Origin: an uncultured Chloroflexia bacterium
GTDB taxonomy: Bacteria > Chloroflexota > Limnocylindria > Limnocylindrales > CSP1-4
Assembly (NCBI GenBank): GCA_963699965.1
Contig: CAVOVX010000007.1
Location: forward strand, 14-64,013
Reading direction: 5' to 3'
Length of the DNA: 64,000 nucleotides
Shown here: one piece after another, positions 19,030 to 27,012 of the stretch
How positions within the stretch are numbered: position 1 is the first letter of the stretch
Layout of the letters: each line of letters opens with the position of its first letter
The notes under the pieces: generated by a model
Seen by the model: the letters and a program-made list of their open reading frames with translations, nothing else
What the model was told of the DNA's origin: nothing
The model's database searches: none
Made by a program: the position numbers and the translations under genes

Positions 19030-19952
19030 CGGCCGCCGACGAACGAGCCGCTCCGGTCATCCATCCGGCCAAGCTGCCGCAGCGCCAGCCACCCGAGTCG
19101 CTTCACGTCCGCCCGGATCCCGACGGGGTCGTCGCGACTGACCCCGTCCGCGCCGGGTGGCGCTACCTGTCCTTCCGGGCGTTCGCGCTCGACGCGGATG
19201 AGATCGTGCTGCTCGACCGCCCGGAGCAGGAGGCGGCGATTGTCACGATCTCGGGCGGCGGCGTCGAGGTCGCACTCGACGACGGTGCCCGCCTCCAGCT
19301 GACCGGGCGACCCACGGTGTTCGAGGGCATGCCGTGGACGGCCTACGTCCCCGCCGGCACGACCGCCCGGATCGTCGGCCGACCGCTCCCGGGGCGACGC
19401 GCGGTCGTCGCGGTCGCCCAGGCGCCGCTCAGCGGCCGGCCGATCGGGAAGCTGCGCCCCGAGATCGTCCGACCCGAAGACGTGGAGATCGAGATCCGGG
19501 GCGCCGGCAACGCCACCCGCCAGGTCAACAACATCATGATGCCCGACTTCGCGGCCGATCGGCTCCTCATCTGCGAGGTGTTCACGCCGTCGGGCAACTG
19601 GTCCGGTTGGCCGCCTCACAAGCACGACATCGACGATCCGCCGCGGGAGGCCGTGCTCGAGGAGACCTACTTCTACCAGCTGAGCCGTCCCGAGGGCTGG
19701 GCAATCCAGCGGGTCTACCACCGCGATGGGTCGGGCGATCGGATGATCGTCGTCCGCCATGGCGACCTGGTGATCGTCGACCAGGGGTACCACCCATTCG
19801 CTGCCACCCAGGGCTACGACGCCTACTACCTCAACGCCCTGGCGGGTGATCGCCGGACCATGGCCAACACGGACGACCCCGACCTCGCCTGGGTCCGTTC
19901 GCTGTGGCCGGCGATGGCGCCGGATCCGCGGCTTCCGCTGGTCCACCCGTGA
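19026..19952 (+). CDS. iolB: 5-deoxy-glucuronate isomerase IolB (intact)
   Basis: GWRYLSFRAF, EIRGAGNATRQVNNI, LLICEVFTPSGNWSGWPPHKHD, EETYFYQL, VVRHGDLVIVDQGYHPFAATQGYDAYYLNALAG. Confidence 0.85.
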   Translation: MTAADERAAPVIHPAKLPQRQPPESLHVRPDPDGVVATDPVRAGWRYLSFRAFALDADEIVLLDRPEQEAAIVTISGGGVEVALDDGARLQLTGRPTVFEGMPWTAYVPAGTTARIVGRPLPGRRAVVAVAQAPLSGRPIGKLRPEIVRPEDVEIEIRGAGNATRQVNNIMMPDFAADRLLICEVFTPSGNWSGWPPHKHDIDDPPREAVLEETYFYQLSRPEGWAIQRVYHRDGSGDRMIVVRHGDLVIVDQGYHPFAATQGYDAYYLNALAGDRRTMANTDDPDLAWVRSLWPAMAPDPRLPLVHP

Positions 19953-20947
19953 CGCCGGCGTCCGGCGCGGCTGGCGGTCGATCGACTGCGACCGCTGCGC
20001 CGAGCAGCGTCGCCGCAGCAGCGGTTGGCCGGCAGCGCCGGCTGCTCCGGCTCGGCGGCCAGCGCGGCGTCATCGCCGGGATCGCGATCGATCACCGCGA
20101 CAGCCTGCGAGTGATGCTCGACCGACGGGGCTCGACCGGCCTCGGGACGGCCGAGCTCCGCTCGTTGAAGCTCGCCCTGACCCGAGCCCTGGCCCCGGCC
20201 GCGACCGCCGTCATGCTCGACGAAGAGCTCGGCGGGCTGGCGCTCGAGGCGGGCGCCGTGCCGGCCACGGTCGCGTTGATCATGCCGCTCGAAGCCCAGG
20301 GCTACGAGACGACCGGCGACGGGCCGGCGACCACGCTGCTGGACGACTTCTCGCCGGCCGCCGCGCTTCGCTACGGCGCGGACGCGTGCAAGTTGCTCCT
20401 CCCGTACCGGATCGACGATGCCGGCGCGGCCGCCGGGCAGGAGGCGCTGGTCAGCTCGACGGCCGCTGCCTGTCACGAGCACGGCCTGCCACTCGTCATC
20501 GAACCTGTCGCCTACCGCCGGACCGGTGAGACCGAGGCAGCCTACCGCCGCTCGTATCCGCAGCTCGTGGTCGGTGCCGTGGAGCGACTCCAGCCGCTGG
20601 GCGCCGATCTGCTCAAGCTGCCGTTTCCCGTGCTGGACCTCGAGACGGCCCCCGAGTCGGTCGCCGTCGATGCCTGCCACGCGCTCGGTGCTGCCTGCCG
20701 GGACACGCCCTGGGCCCTCCTCGGGGCCGGCGCTGACGCCGACACGTTCGTCGAGCAGATACGATTCGCCGGCAGCGCCGGGGCGTCCGGCTTCCTGGCT
20801 GGCCGCGGCATCTGGGGCGCGGCGCTGAACGCCGATCCGGCAGAGGCCGAGCGGATCGCGATCGAGACCTGCCGGCCCGCCCTCGAACGATGCCGCGCGG
20901 TCGCCGAACGGTTCGCGAGGCCCCTGGGCGGGGCCCCGTTCGGCTGA
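19949..20947 (+). CDS. Class I aldolase (LacD/YihT-like); candidate functional replacement for the DKGP aldolase IolJ
   Basis: The GTG overlaps the iolB stop (GTGA). IAGIAIDHRDSLRVML, GADACKLLLPYRIDD, LPLVIEPVAY, GADLLKLPFP, GASGFLAGRGIWG. The ORF track starts it at 19904. Confidence 0.65.
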   Translation: MTPASGAAGGRSTATAAPSSVAAAAVGRQRRLLRLGGQRGVIAGIAIDHRDSLRVMLDRRGSTGLGTAELRSLKLALTRALAPAATAVMLDEELGGLALEAGAVPATVALIMPLEAQGYETTGDGPATTLLDDFSPAAALRYGADACKLLLPYRIDDAGAAAGQEALVSSTAAACHEHGLPLVIEPVAYRRTGETEAAYRRSYPQLVVGAVERLQPLGADLLKLPFPVLDLETAPESVAVDACHALGAACRDTPWALLGAGADADTFVEQIRFAGSAGASGFLAGRGIWGAALNADPAEAERIAIETCRPALERCRAVAERFARPLGGAPFG

Positions 20948-20973
20948 CAACGGAACTCCGTCAGGAGCGGTCG

Positions 20974-21816
20974 ATGCAGCTCGTCTACAACTCCAACTCG
21001 ACGATGCACCTCCCCGTGCTCATGCAGATCCGGGTCGCCCGGGAGACCGGCTGGGACGGGGTCTTCCTCCGAGCGGAGCACATCCGTCGGTACCTCGCCC
21101 AGGGCTACGAGGCGGCGAGCCTGCGCACGGCCCTGGCCGGCCTGGGCCCGCTGAATCTCGGGGCACTGCCCGACGTCGAACGCTGGCGACCTGCCGAGCA
21201 TGCGGCCATGCTCCGCGAGGCGGCCGGCCTCACCGAGCTGGCCGCGGAGATCGGCGCGTCGTACGTCCAGCTGCTGACCGGACCCGTGGCGCCGGGCGGG
21301 GCGTACAGCGGACCCTCGAGCCTGTCCGACGCCGAGCTCATCAAGGTGACCGCCCGGGCGGTTCGCTCGGTGGCCGACCTGGGCGGCCCGGCCGGCCTGC
21401 GCTACTACCTCGAGCCGGTTGCCTGGACGCCGCTGTCGACCATCGCCCAGGCGGTCCGGGTGATCGACGCCGCTGAGCGCGACAACGTCGGGCTGGTGCT
21501 GGACTTCTGGCATCTCTGGCAGCGAGGCACCACCCCGGACGGCATCGCCCGTCTCGATCCCCGGATCATCTTTGGCGTCGACCTCGGGGACTCCCTGGGA
21601 CCGCCGGGCGCCGGCACGGCCGACCAGCGGAGCCGGTGCGTCTGGCCCGGCGATGGTGACATCCCGCTCCGCGAGTGGGTCGCCGCGGTCCGCTCGACCG
21701 GCTTCGACGGCTGGTGGGACAACGAGCTCTACAGCCCGCTCCACTGGGAGTCTGCTGACCCGTTTGCCGTCGGAGCGGGCTTGCTCGAGGTGCTCCGGAC
21801 GTTGCTGCGGGACTGA
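20974..21816 (+). CDS. Sugar phosphate isomerase/epimerase (xylose isomerase-like TIM barrel), intact
   Basis: MQLVYNSNSTM..., YVQLLTGP, RYYLEPVAWTP, GLVLDFWHLW, PGDGDIPLREWVAAVRSTGFDGWWDNELY. Confidence 0.8.
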   Translation: MQLVYNSNSTMHLPVLMQIRVARETGWDGVFLRAEHIRRYLAQGYEAASLRTALAGLGPLNLGALPDVERWRPAEHAAMLREAAGLTELAAEIGASYVQLLTGPVAPGGAYSGPSSLSDAELIKVTARAVRSVADLGGPAGLRYYLEPVAWTPLSTIAQAVRVIDAAERDNVGLVLDFWHLWQRGTTPDGIARLDPRIIFGVDLGDSLGPPGAGTADQRSRCVWPGDGDIPLREWVAAVRSTGFDGWWDNELYSPLHWESADPFAVGAGLLEVLRTLLRD

Positions 21817-21863
21817 CCCGCGGTTCACAATGTTGACGTTGCGCAGGGCCGATGCTACGGTTG

Positions 21864-21877
21864 CGCAATCGGTTGCA
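21864..21877. promoter_or_regulatory. LacI-type operator site C: CGCAATCGGTTGCA, upstream of the lacI-family gene
   Basis: Preceded by TTGCGCAA (21861-21868) and followed by AAGGGG, then GTG 21887 / ATG 21899 of a short ORF. Confidence 0.6.
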
Positions 21878-22070
21878 GCACAAGGGGTGCGGTCCACGAT
21901 GCGTGCTTCTCCGCGCGATTTCGCTGCGGTCGAGGTCGCGTGGTCGGACGACCCGCGCTGCCATCGCGGCGGGTCGCCGCACCTGGCCCGCCAGCGGTCC
22001 GAGCTGGGCACCGGCGAAGATCGGCCCGACCGCGCCGTGCGCGTCGCGGTCTAGGCGGAGCCGCCGGCCC

Positions 22071-23153
22071 GTGCCATCCAGCGACGGCCAGCGCCGGACC
22101 GACGGTCAACACCGGACGGGCGGCCCGCGTCGTCGGATCCTCCTCAAGGATGTCGCCCAGCGAGCGAACGTCTCGGGCTCGACCGCGTCGCGGGCCCTGG
22201 CCGACGACAAGCGGATCAGCGCTGCCACCCGGCAGCTGGTCAAGGCCGCCGCCGCCGAGCTGCACTACGTGCCGGATGCGACGGCCCGCAGCCTTCGGGT
22301 CCGGCGGACTCGGACGCTGGGTCTCCTCCTGCCCGACCTGCGCGACCCGGTCCACGGCCAGGTCGCGTCGGCGTTCGAGCAGGAGGCGCGCCAGCAGGGG
22401 TACGTCGTGATGGTCGTGGCTGGCGAACGCGACCTCGCGCGCGAGCGGCTCGCCTTGAGGGCCTTTGCCGAGCACGGGACCGATGGGGTTGCGGTCGTGT
22501 CCGGCGTGTTGCCGCCGAACGAGCTGCGCGAGCGGGTCGATCCCGACCGGCTCGTCCTCGTCTGGCCCGACCATCGGAGCCTGCCTCGACACGCTGGCCC
22601 TAACGTCCCGGGCGTCATCCAGACCGATGACGCGAGCGGCGTGCGGGCTGCGGTTGACCACCTGGTCGACAGCGGCTGCCGGCGGGTCGCCTATGCCGAG
22701 AGCGGGCGGCGCGCCTCGAACACGATCCGAGCCGAGACCGTCGCCGCGACCCTCCGCGATCGAGGCATCCGCGCTCCGCTGCGCAGGTTCCCCGCCCCGG
22801 TCGATTCGTGGCGGGCACCCGCGGCGCTCGCTGCGGAGATCGCTGCGGACCCCCCCGAGGCCCTCGTCTGCTACGACGACCAGCTCGCGCTCGGGCTCAT
22901 GGACGCGCTCCGTGGCCTGGGCGTCCGGATCCCCGACGACATGGGCATCGTCGGGTTCGACGGGATCCCCTTTGCCGCCATCTCGAACCCCCGGCTGACG
23001 ACCGTGGTGGTTCCGTCGGCGGAGATGGGCCGGGCTGCGGCGTCGTCGGCGATCCAGGCCGTACACGACGGCCGGCTGCCGGACGGCGTGCTGTTGCCGG
23101 TCGAGATGGTCGTCCGCGAGAGTACCCGGGTCGTGTCCGTGAGCCGTCCATGA
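22071..23153 (+). CDS. LacI family transcriptional regulator (intact core; start uncertain)
   Basis: HTH ILLKDVAQRANVSGSTASRALADDKRISAATRQLVKAAAAELHYVPDATARSLR, then a periplasmic-binding-fold effector domain. The start is taken as the in-frame GTG at 22071 with GGAG upstream. The ORF track opens at 21852. Confidence 0.85.
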   Translation: MPSSDGQRRTDGQHRTGGPRRRILLKDVAQRANVSGSTASRALADDKRISAATRQLVKAAAAELHYVPDATARSLRVRRTRTLGLLLPDLRDPVHGQVASAFEQEARQQGYVVMVVAGERDLARERLALRAFAEHGTDGVAVVSGVLPPNELRERVDPDRLVLVWPDHRSLPRHAGPNVPGVIQTDDASGVRAAVDHLVDSGCRRVAYAESGRRASNTIRAETVAATLRDRGIRAPLRRFPAPVDSWRAPAALAAEIAADPPEALVCYDDQLALGLMDALRGLGVRIPDDMGIVGFDGIPFAAISNPRLTTVVVPSAEMGRAAASSAIQAVHDGRLPDGVLLPVEMVVRESTRVVSVSRP

Positions 23154-23208
23154 TCGTCGACCGCCGGCCGCGGATGCCGACCGAGCTCCGCCTCGCCCGG
23201 TCGTTCCG

Positions 23209-24106
23209 TTGCCGCTGACACCGGATGGGGGCGTCGACCCCGGGGTCGACCTGGCCGACCTCGCCCGGCGCGGCCGGCTGCTCGTGATCGACTCGGTCGC
23301 GCACAGCGGTGCCGGGCACATCGGCGGCCCGCTATCCGCGATGGACCTCCTCGTCGCGCTCTACTTCAGGGTCCTGCGCATTCGTCCGGACGCACCCGAC
23401 TGGCCTGACCGCGATCGGTTCATCCTGTCGAAGGGCCACTCCGCGATCGGACTCTACGTGGTCATGGCCCTGCGCGGCTACTTCCCGGTCGAGGAGCTCG
23501 CGACCTTCGATGCGGGTGACAGCCGGCTGCAGGGGCACCCCGACATGACGCGGCTACCTGGGCTCGAGGCATCGACGGGTTCGCTCGGCCAGGGCCTCGC
23601 CGTCGGGCTCGGGATCGCCCTCGGAGCCCGCCTGCGCGGGCTCGGGTTCCACACGTTCGTGATGCTCGGCGACGGCGAGACCCAGGAAGGGATGGTCTGG
23701 GAGAGCGTGATGGTCGCGGCCAAGTACGGGCTCGGCAATCTCACCGCGATCGTCGACTGCAACGGCCTCCAGCAGTACGGCTGGCCGCCGGTGCCGGGCG
23801 AGGATGCGCGCGGCGACCGACGCGACCCGCTCGCCGGGACCCGCCTCCGCGACGCCCTCGAAGCCTTCGGCTGGCGGGTCCTGGAGATCGACGGGCACGA
23901 CCATGAGGCGATCGTGGCCGCCTGCGAGGACGCTCGCGGCGCTGGCCGGGCCGGCCGGCCGACGGCGATCCTGGCGGCAACCGTCAAGGGGCGGGGATTG
24001 TCGTTCACGGAGGGTCGCACCGAGTGGCACGCGCGCGTGGCGACGGCCGACGACGTTGCGGCGGCCCGAGTCGGAGCTCGGTCTCGCCGAGGACGCCGGG
24101 TCGTGA
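23209..24106 (+). CDS. Transketolase, N-terminal (ThDP pyrophosphate-binding) section. As written it is fused to the C-terminal section; a 1-nt shift near 24065 restores a stop at 24104.
   Basis: HSGAGHIGGPLSAMDLLVALYF, ILSKGHSAIGLYV, RLQGHPD, STGSLGQGLAVGLG, MLGDGETQEGMVWES, DCNGLQQ. The alternative frame ends ...ELGLAEDAGS-TGA. Confidence 0.75.
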
Positions 24107-25071
24107 CCCGCCCGATGCGTGACGCGTGGGCGGAGACCCTGCGCGAGCTGGCCGTCGACAACCCCGACCTGCTCGTCCTCGACGGCGACCTCGCCTCGTC
24201 GACCCGAGCCGATCGGTTCGCCGCCGCCCATCCGGACCGGTTCCTGCAGATGGGCATCGCCGAGCAGAACCTGGTCGGGGTGGCGGCCGGCCTGGCGACC
24301 CTGGGTTACGTTCCGTGGCTGTCGTCGTTCGCCGTGTTCTTCACCCATCGCGCGATCGACCCGATCAGGATGCTCGTCGCCCAGACCCATGCCAACGTCA
24401 AGATCGGTGCGGCGTACACGGGCCTCCTGACCGGCTTCACCGGGAAGACACACCAGGACGTCGAGGACCTCGCGATCATGCGGGCGATGCCGGGCATGAC
24501 GGTCATCGCCCCGTGCGATGCAAGCGAGTGCGTGGCGGCCGTGAGATGGGCGACCGAGACCCAGGGACCGGTCTATCTCCGCCTGGCGCGCGATGCGGGC
24601 CCGGACGTCTTCGACGACGCCTACCGGTTCGAGCCGAGCCGGGTCATCCGATTGCGCACCGGGTCCGACGTCCTGTTGGTCTCGACCGGTGTCCAGACGA
24701 CGCGGACCCTCGAGGCGGCCGCGATCCTCGCGTCGAGGGGGATCTCGGCCGGCGTCCTCCACGTCCCCTGCCTGAAACCGGTCGATGCGGACGCGATCGC
24801 CGAGGCGGGACGCGGCGTCCCGCTCGTCGTCACGACCGAGGAGCACACGGTCCTGGGCGGTCTCGGCGGGCTGGTCGCCGAGATCCTCGGCGAGCGCGCG
24901 CCGCGCCGGCTCGCGCGGATCGGGATCGCCGACACCTGGGGCGAATCGGCCCCAAACGCCTTCCTGCTCGACCGGCACGGGCTGTCGGCGGAGCGCGTCG
25001 CGGAGCGCGTGGCGCTCGAGCTGTCGCAGGTCGAGCTCGTCGAGGGTGCCGCAAGCGAGTCCGGACGATAG
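24103..25071 (+). CDS. Transketolase, C-terminal (pyrimidine-binding plus C-terminal domain) section
   Basis: GTG 24103 (overlapping the TGA) or ATG 24115. MRDAWAETLRELA, RFLQMGIAEQNLVGVAAGLA, GKTHQDVEDLAIMRAMPGMTVIAPCD, VTTEEHTVLGGLGG. Confidence 0.75.
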   Translation: MTRPMRDAWAETLRELAVDNPDLLVLDGDLASSTRADRFAAAHPDRFLQMGIAEQNLVGVAAGLATLGYVPWLSSFAVFFTHRAIDPIRMLVAQTHANVKIGAAYTGLLTGFTGKTHQDVEDLAIMRAMPGMTVIAPCDASECVAAVRWATETQGPVYLRLARDAGPDVFDDAYRFEPSRVIRLRTGSDVLLVSTGVQTTRTLEAAAILASRGISAGVLHVPCLKPVDADAIAEAGRGVPLVVTTEEHTVLGGLGGLVAEILGERAPRRLARIGIADTWGESAPNAFLLDRHGLSAERVAERVALELSQVELVEGAASESGR

Positions 25072-25087
25072 CGGTCGAGGAGATCAG

Positions 25088-26132
25088 ATGAGCGGATTCA
25101 GGGTGAAGAACCCGAGCAGCATCGGCGTCGCGTTCCTCGGCGTCGGACGGATCGGAACGTCCCACCTCCGGACGCTGGCCGGGATCGGCAACGCCCGGAT
25201 CGTCGTCGTCGCAGACCTGGATCCCTCGGAAGCCGAGCGCGGGCGGGAGATCGGGCGCGCCGAGCGGGCCACCGCCGATGCCCTCGACGCGATCGGCGAC
25301 CCGGCCGTCGAGGCCGTCGTCATCGCGACGCCGACCAGCACGCACGCGGGCCTCATCGAGGCGGCGCTGCGCGCCGGCAAGGCGATCTGGAGCGAGAAGC
25401 CGATCGCCCTCGACCTCGCCGAGACGACTCGCGTCGTCGAGCTCTGGCGCGAGACCGGCCTGCCGGTCCAGATGGGGTTCATGCGCCGGTTCGACCCTGG
25501 CTACGTTCGGGCCAAGGAGCTCATCGAGTCGGGGGAGCTGGGCCGCGTGGAGCAGTTCCGTGCCTATTCACGCGACACCTACCCGCCGCCGCCCAAGTTC
25601 ATCCGCGACAGCGGCGGGTCGTTCCTCGACATGAGCGTCCACGACTTCGACCTGGCCCGGTTCCTCGTCGGCGAGGTCGAGGAGGTGTCCGCCTGGGGCA
25701 GCAACATCATCGACAAGCGGTTCGAGGAAGGCGGCGACGTGGATACCGCGGTGACCATGCTCCGCTTCCGCAACGGTGCCCTCGGGGTGGTCGAGATGTC
25801 GCGCCGCTCCGCGTGGGGGTACGACATCCGGACCGAGGTCGCCGGCGCGCTCGGGCAAGGTCGTCGTCGAGGCCGCCCACAAGACGCCGCTGACCTGGTC
25901 GCGTCGGTTCGGCTTCGAGGGCGATCACTACGAGAACTTCCCCGATCGGTTCGAGGTCGCCTACCGGCTCGAGTTCGAGGCGTTCTTCCGAACCCTGGCC
26001 GAAGGCGGCACGCCGACGCCCGGGCCCGAGGAGGCCCTCGAGACGCTCCGACTCGCCCTCGCCGCCAAGCGGAGCTGGCTGGAAGGGCGGCCGGTCCGGG
26101 TCGACGAGGTCGCGGCCGGGGTGGATCGATGA
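25088..26132 (+). CDS. Gfo/Idh/MocA family oxidoreductase (inositol 2-dehydrogenase-like), one frame break near 25855
   Basis: IGVAFLGVGRIGTSHLRTL, AVVIATPTSTHAGLIEAALRAGKAIWSEKPIAL, GGSFLDMSVHDFDLARFLVG, then VVVEAAHKTPL...YRLEFEAFFRTLAEGGTPTPGPEEAL. Confidence 0.75.
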
Positions 26133-26967
26133 GCCCCGCCGTGACCCGCCACCTGCGCCCCAGGGGCAGTCTGGGGACGCATCCTCGAGATCACGCCGGA
26201 GAGCATCGGCTGGCGATACCTGTCGTTCCGGGTGCGTCGCCCTGGGACCCGGCGAGACGGTCGATGCCGACACGGGTGAGACCGAGGTCGCGCTGGTCCC
26301 GCTCGGCGGTTCCGGCTCGTTCACGTTCGGGGGCGCGACGTACCCGATCTCCCGCCGGGACGTGTTCAGCGAGAAGCCGCACGTCCTCTACCTGCCGCCG
26401 CGATCGGCGTTTGCGATCCGCGCCGAGGAGGCGTTCGAGGTCGCGATCGGGGCGGCTCCGGCCGTCGGTCGTTATCCCGCCCGCCTGTACCTGCCGGGCG
26501 AGCTGCCGAGCTTCGTCCGCGGCGGCGCCAACGTGAGCCCGCGGGGTGACCGCGACCCTCGATCCCGGGTTCCCGTCAGAGCGGCTCATCGCCTACGAGA
26601 TCCTCACCCCGAGCGGCAACTGGTCGAGCTTTCCGCCACATCGCCACGACGGTCGGTTCGGGACGACCTACCACGAGGAGACCTACTACTACCGGCTCTC
26701 ACCACGCGATGGCTTCGCGATCCAGCGCCTGTACACCCGCGACACCGAGCTCGACGTCTCGATTGCGGCGGCCGACGGCGACCTGGTGCTCGTCCACGAG
26801 GGCTATCCATACGGTCGCGACGGCGCCGGGGACAAACGCCTACTACCTCAACTTCCTCGCCGGTGACTCCAAGCCCGTGGTCCAGCTCAACGACCCGGCC
26901 TACGACTGGATCGTCGAGGACTGGGCAGGGCGGCCGATCGGCGATTCCGCTCGAACCGGCGACCTGA
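26129..26967 (+). pseudogene. Second IolB-like 5-deoxy-glucuronate isomerase paralog, at least 5 frame breaks
   Basis: The ATG overlaps the upstream stop (ATGA). ILEITPESIGWRYLSFRV / GETEVALVPLGGSGSFTFGG..DVFSEKPHVLYLPP / ERLIAYEILTPSGNWSSFPPHRHD..EETYYYRL..VLVHEGYP / GTNAYYLNFLAGD...DWAGRP / AIPLEPAT stop at 26965. Confidence 0.7.
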
Positions 26968-27012
26968 CCCGGGTTGCCGAGGGTGCGCGCCCCCGGCCGG
27001 GCCGGACCCGAG

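Noticed and set aside
19904-19948. Longer N-terminus for the class I aldolase (ATG 19904)
   Set aside because: That start lies 49 nt inside iolB. The in-frame GTG at 19949 forms a GTGA overlap with the iolB stop, matching the coupling style used throughout the locus. The choice is not proven.
18066-19952. Apparent 628-aa IolC-IolB fusion ORF
   Set aside because: The middle 80 or so residues are Arg-rich nonsense. The true IolC C-terminus (ATGAGDALAAAF...) lies in another frame that ends at a TGA overlapping the iolB GTG. So this is two genes plus one frame break, not a fusion.
24785-26536. 583-aa ORF
   Set aside because: It is a composite of three parts: an out-of-frame read over the transketolase 3' end, the real IolG-like gene from ATG 25088 up to its frame break, and an out-of-frame read over iolB2.
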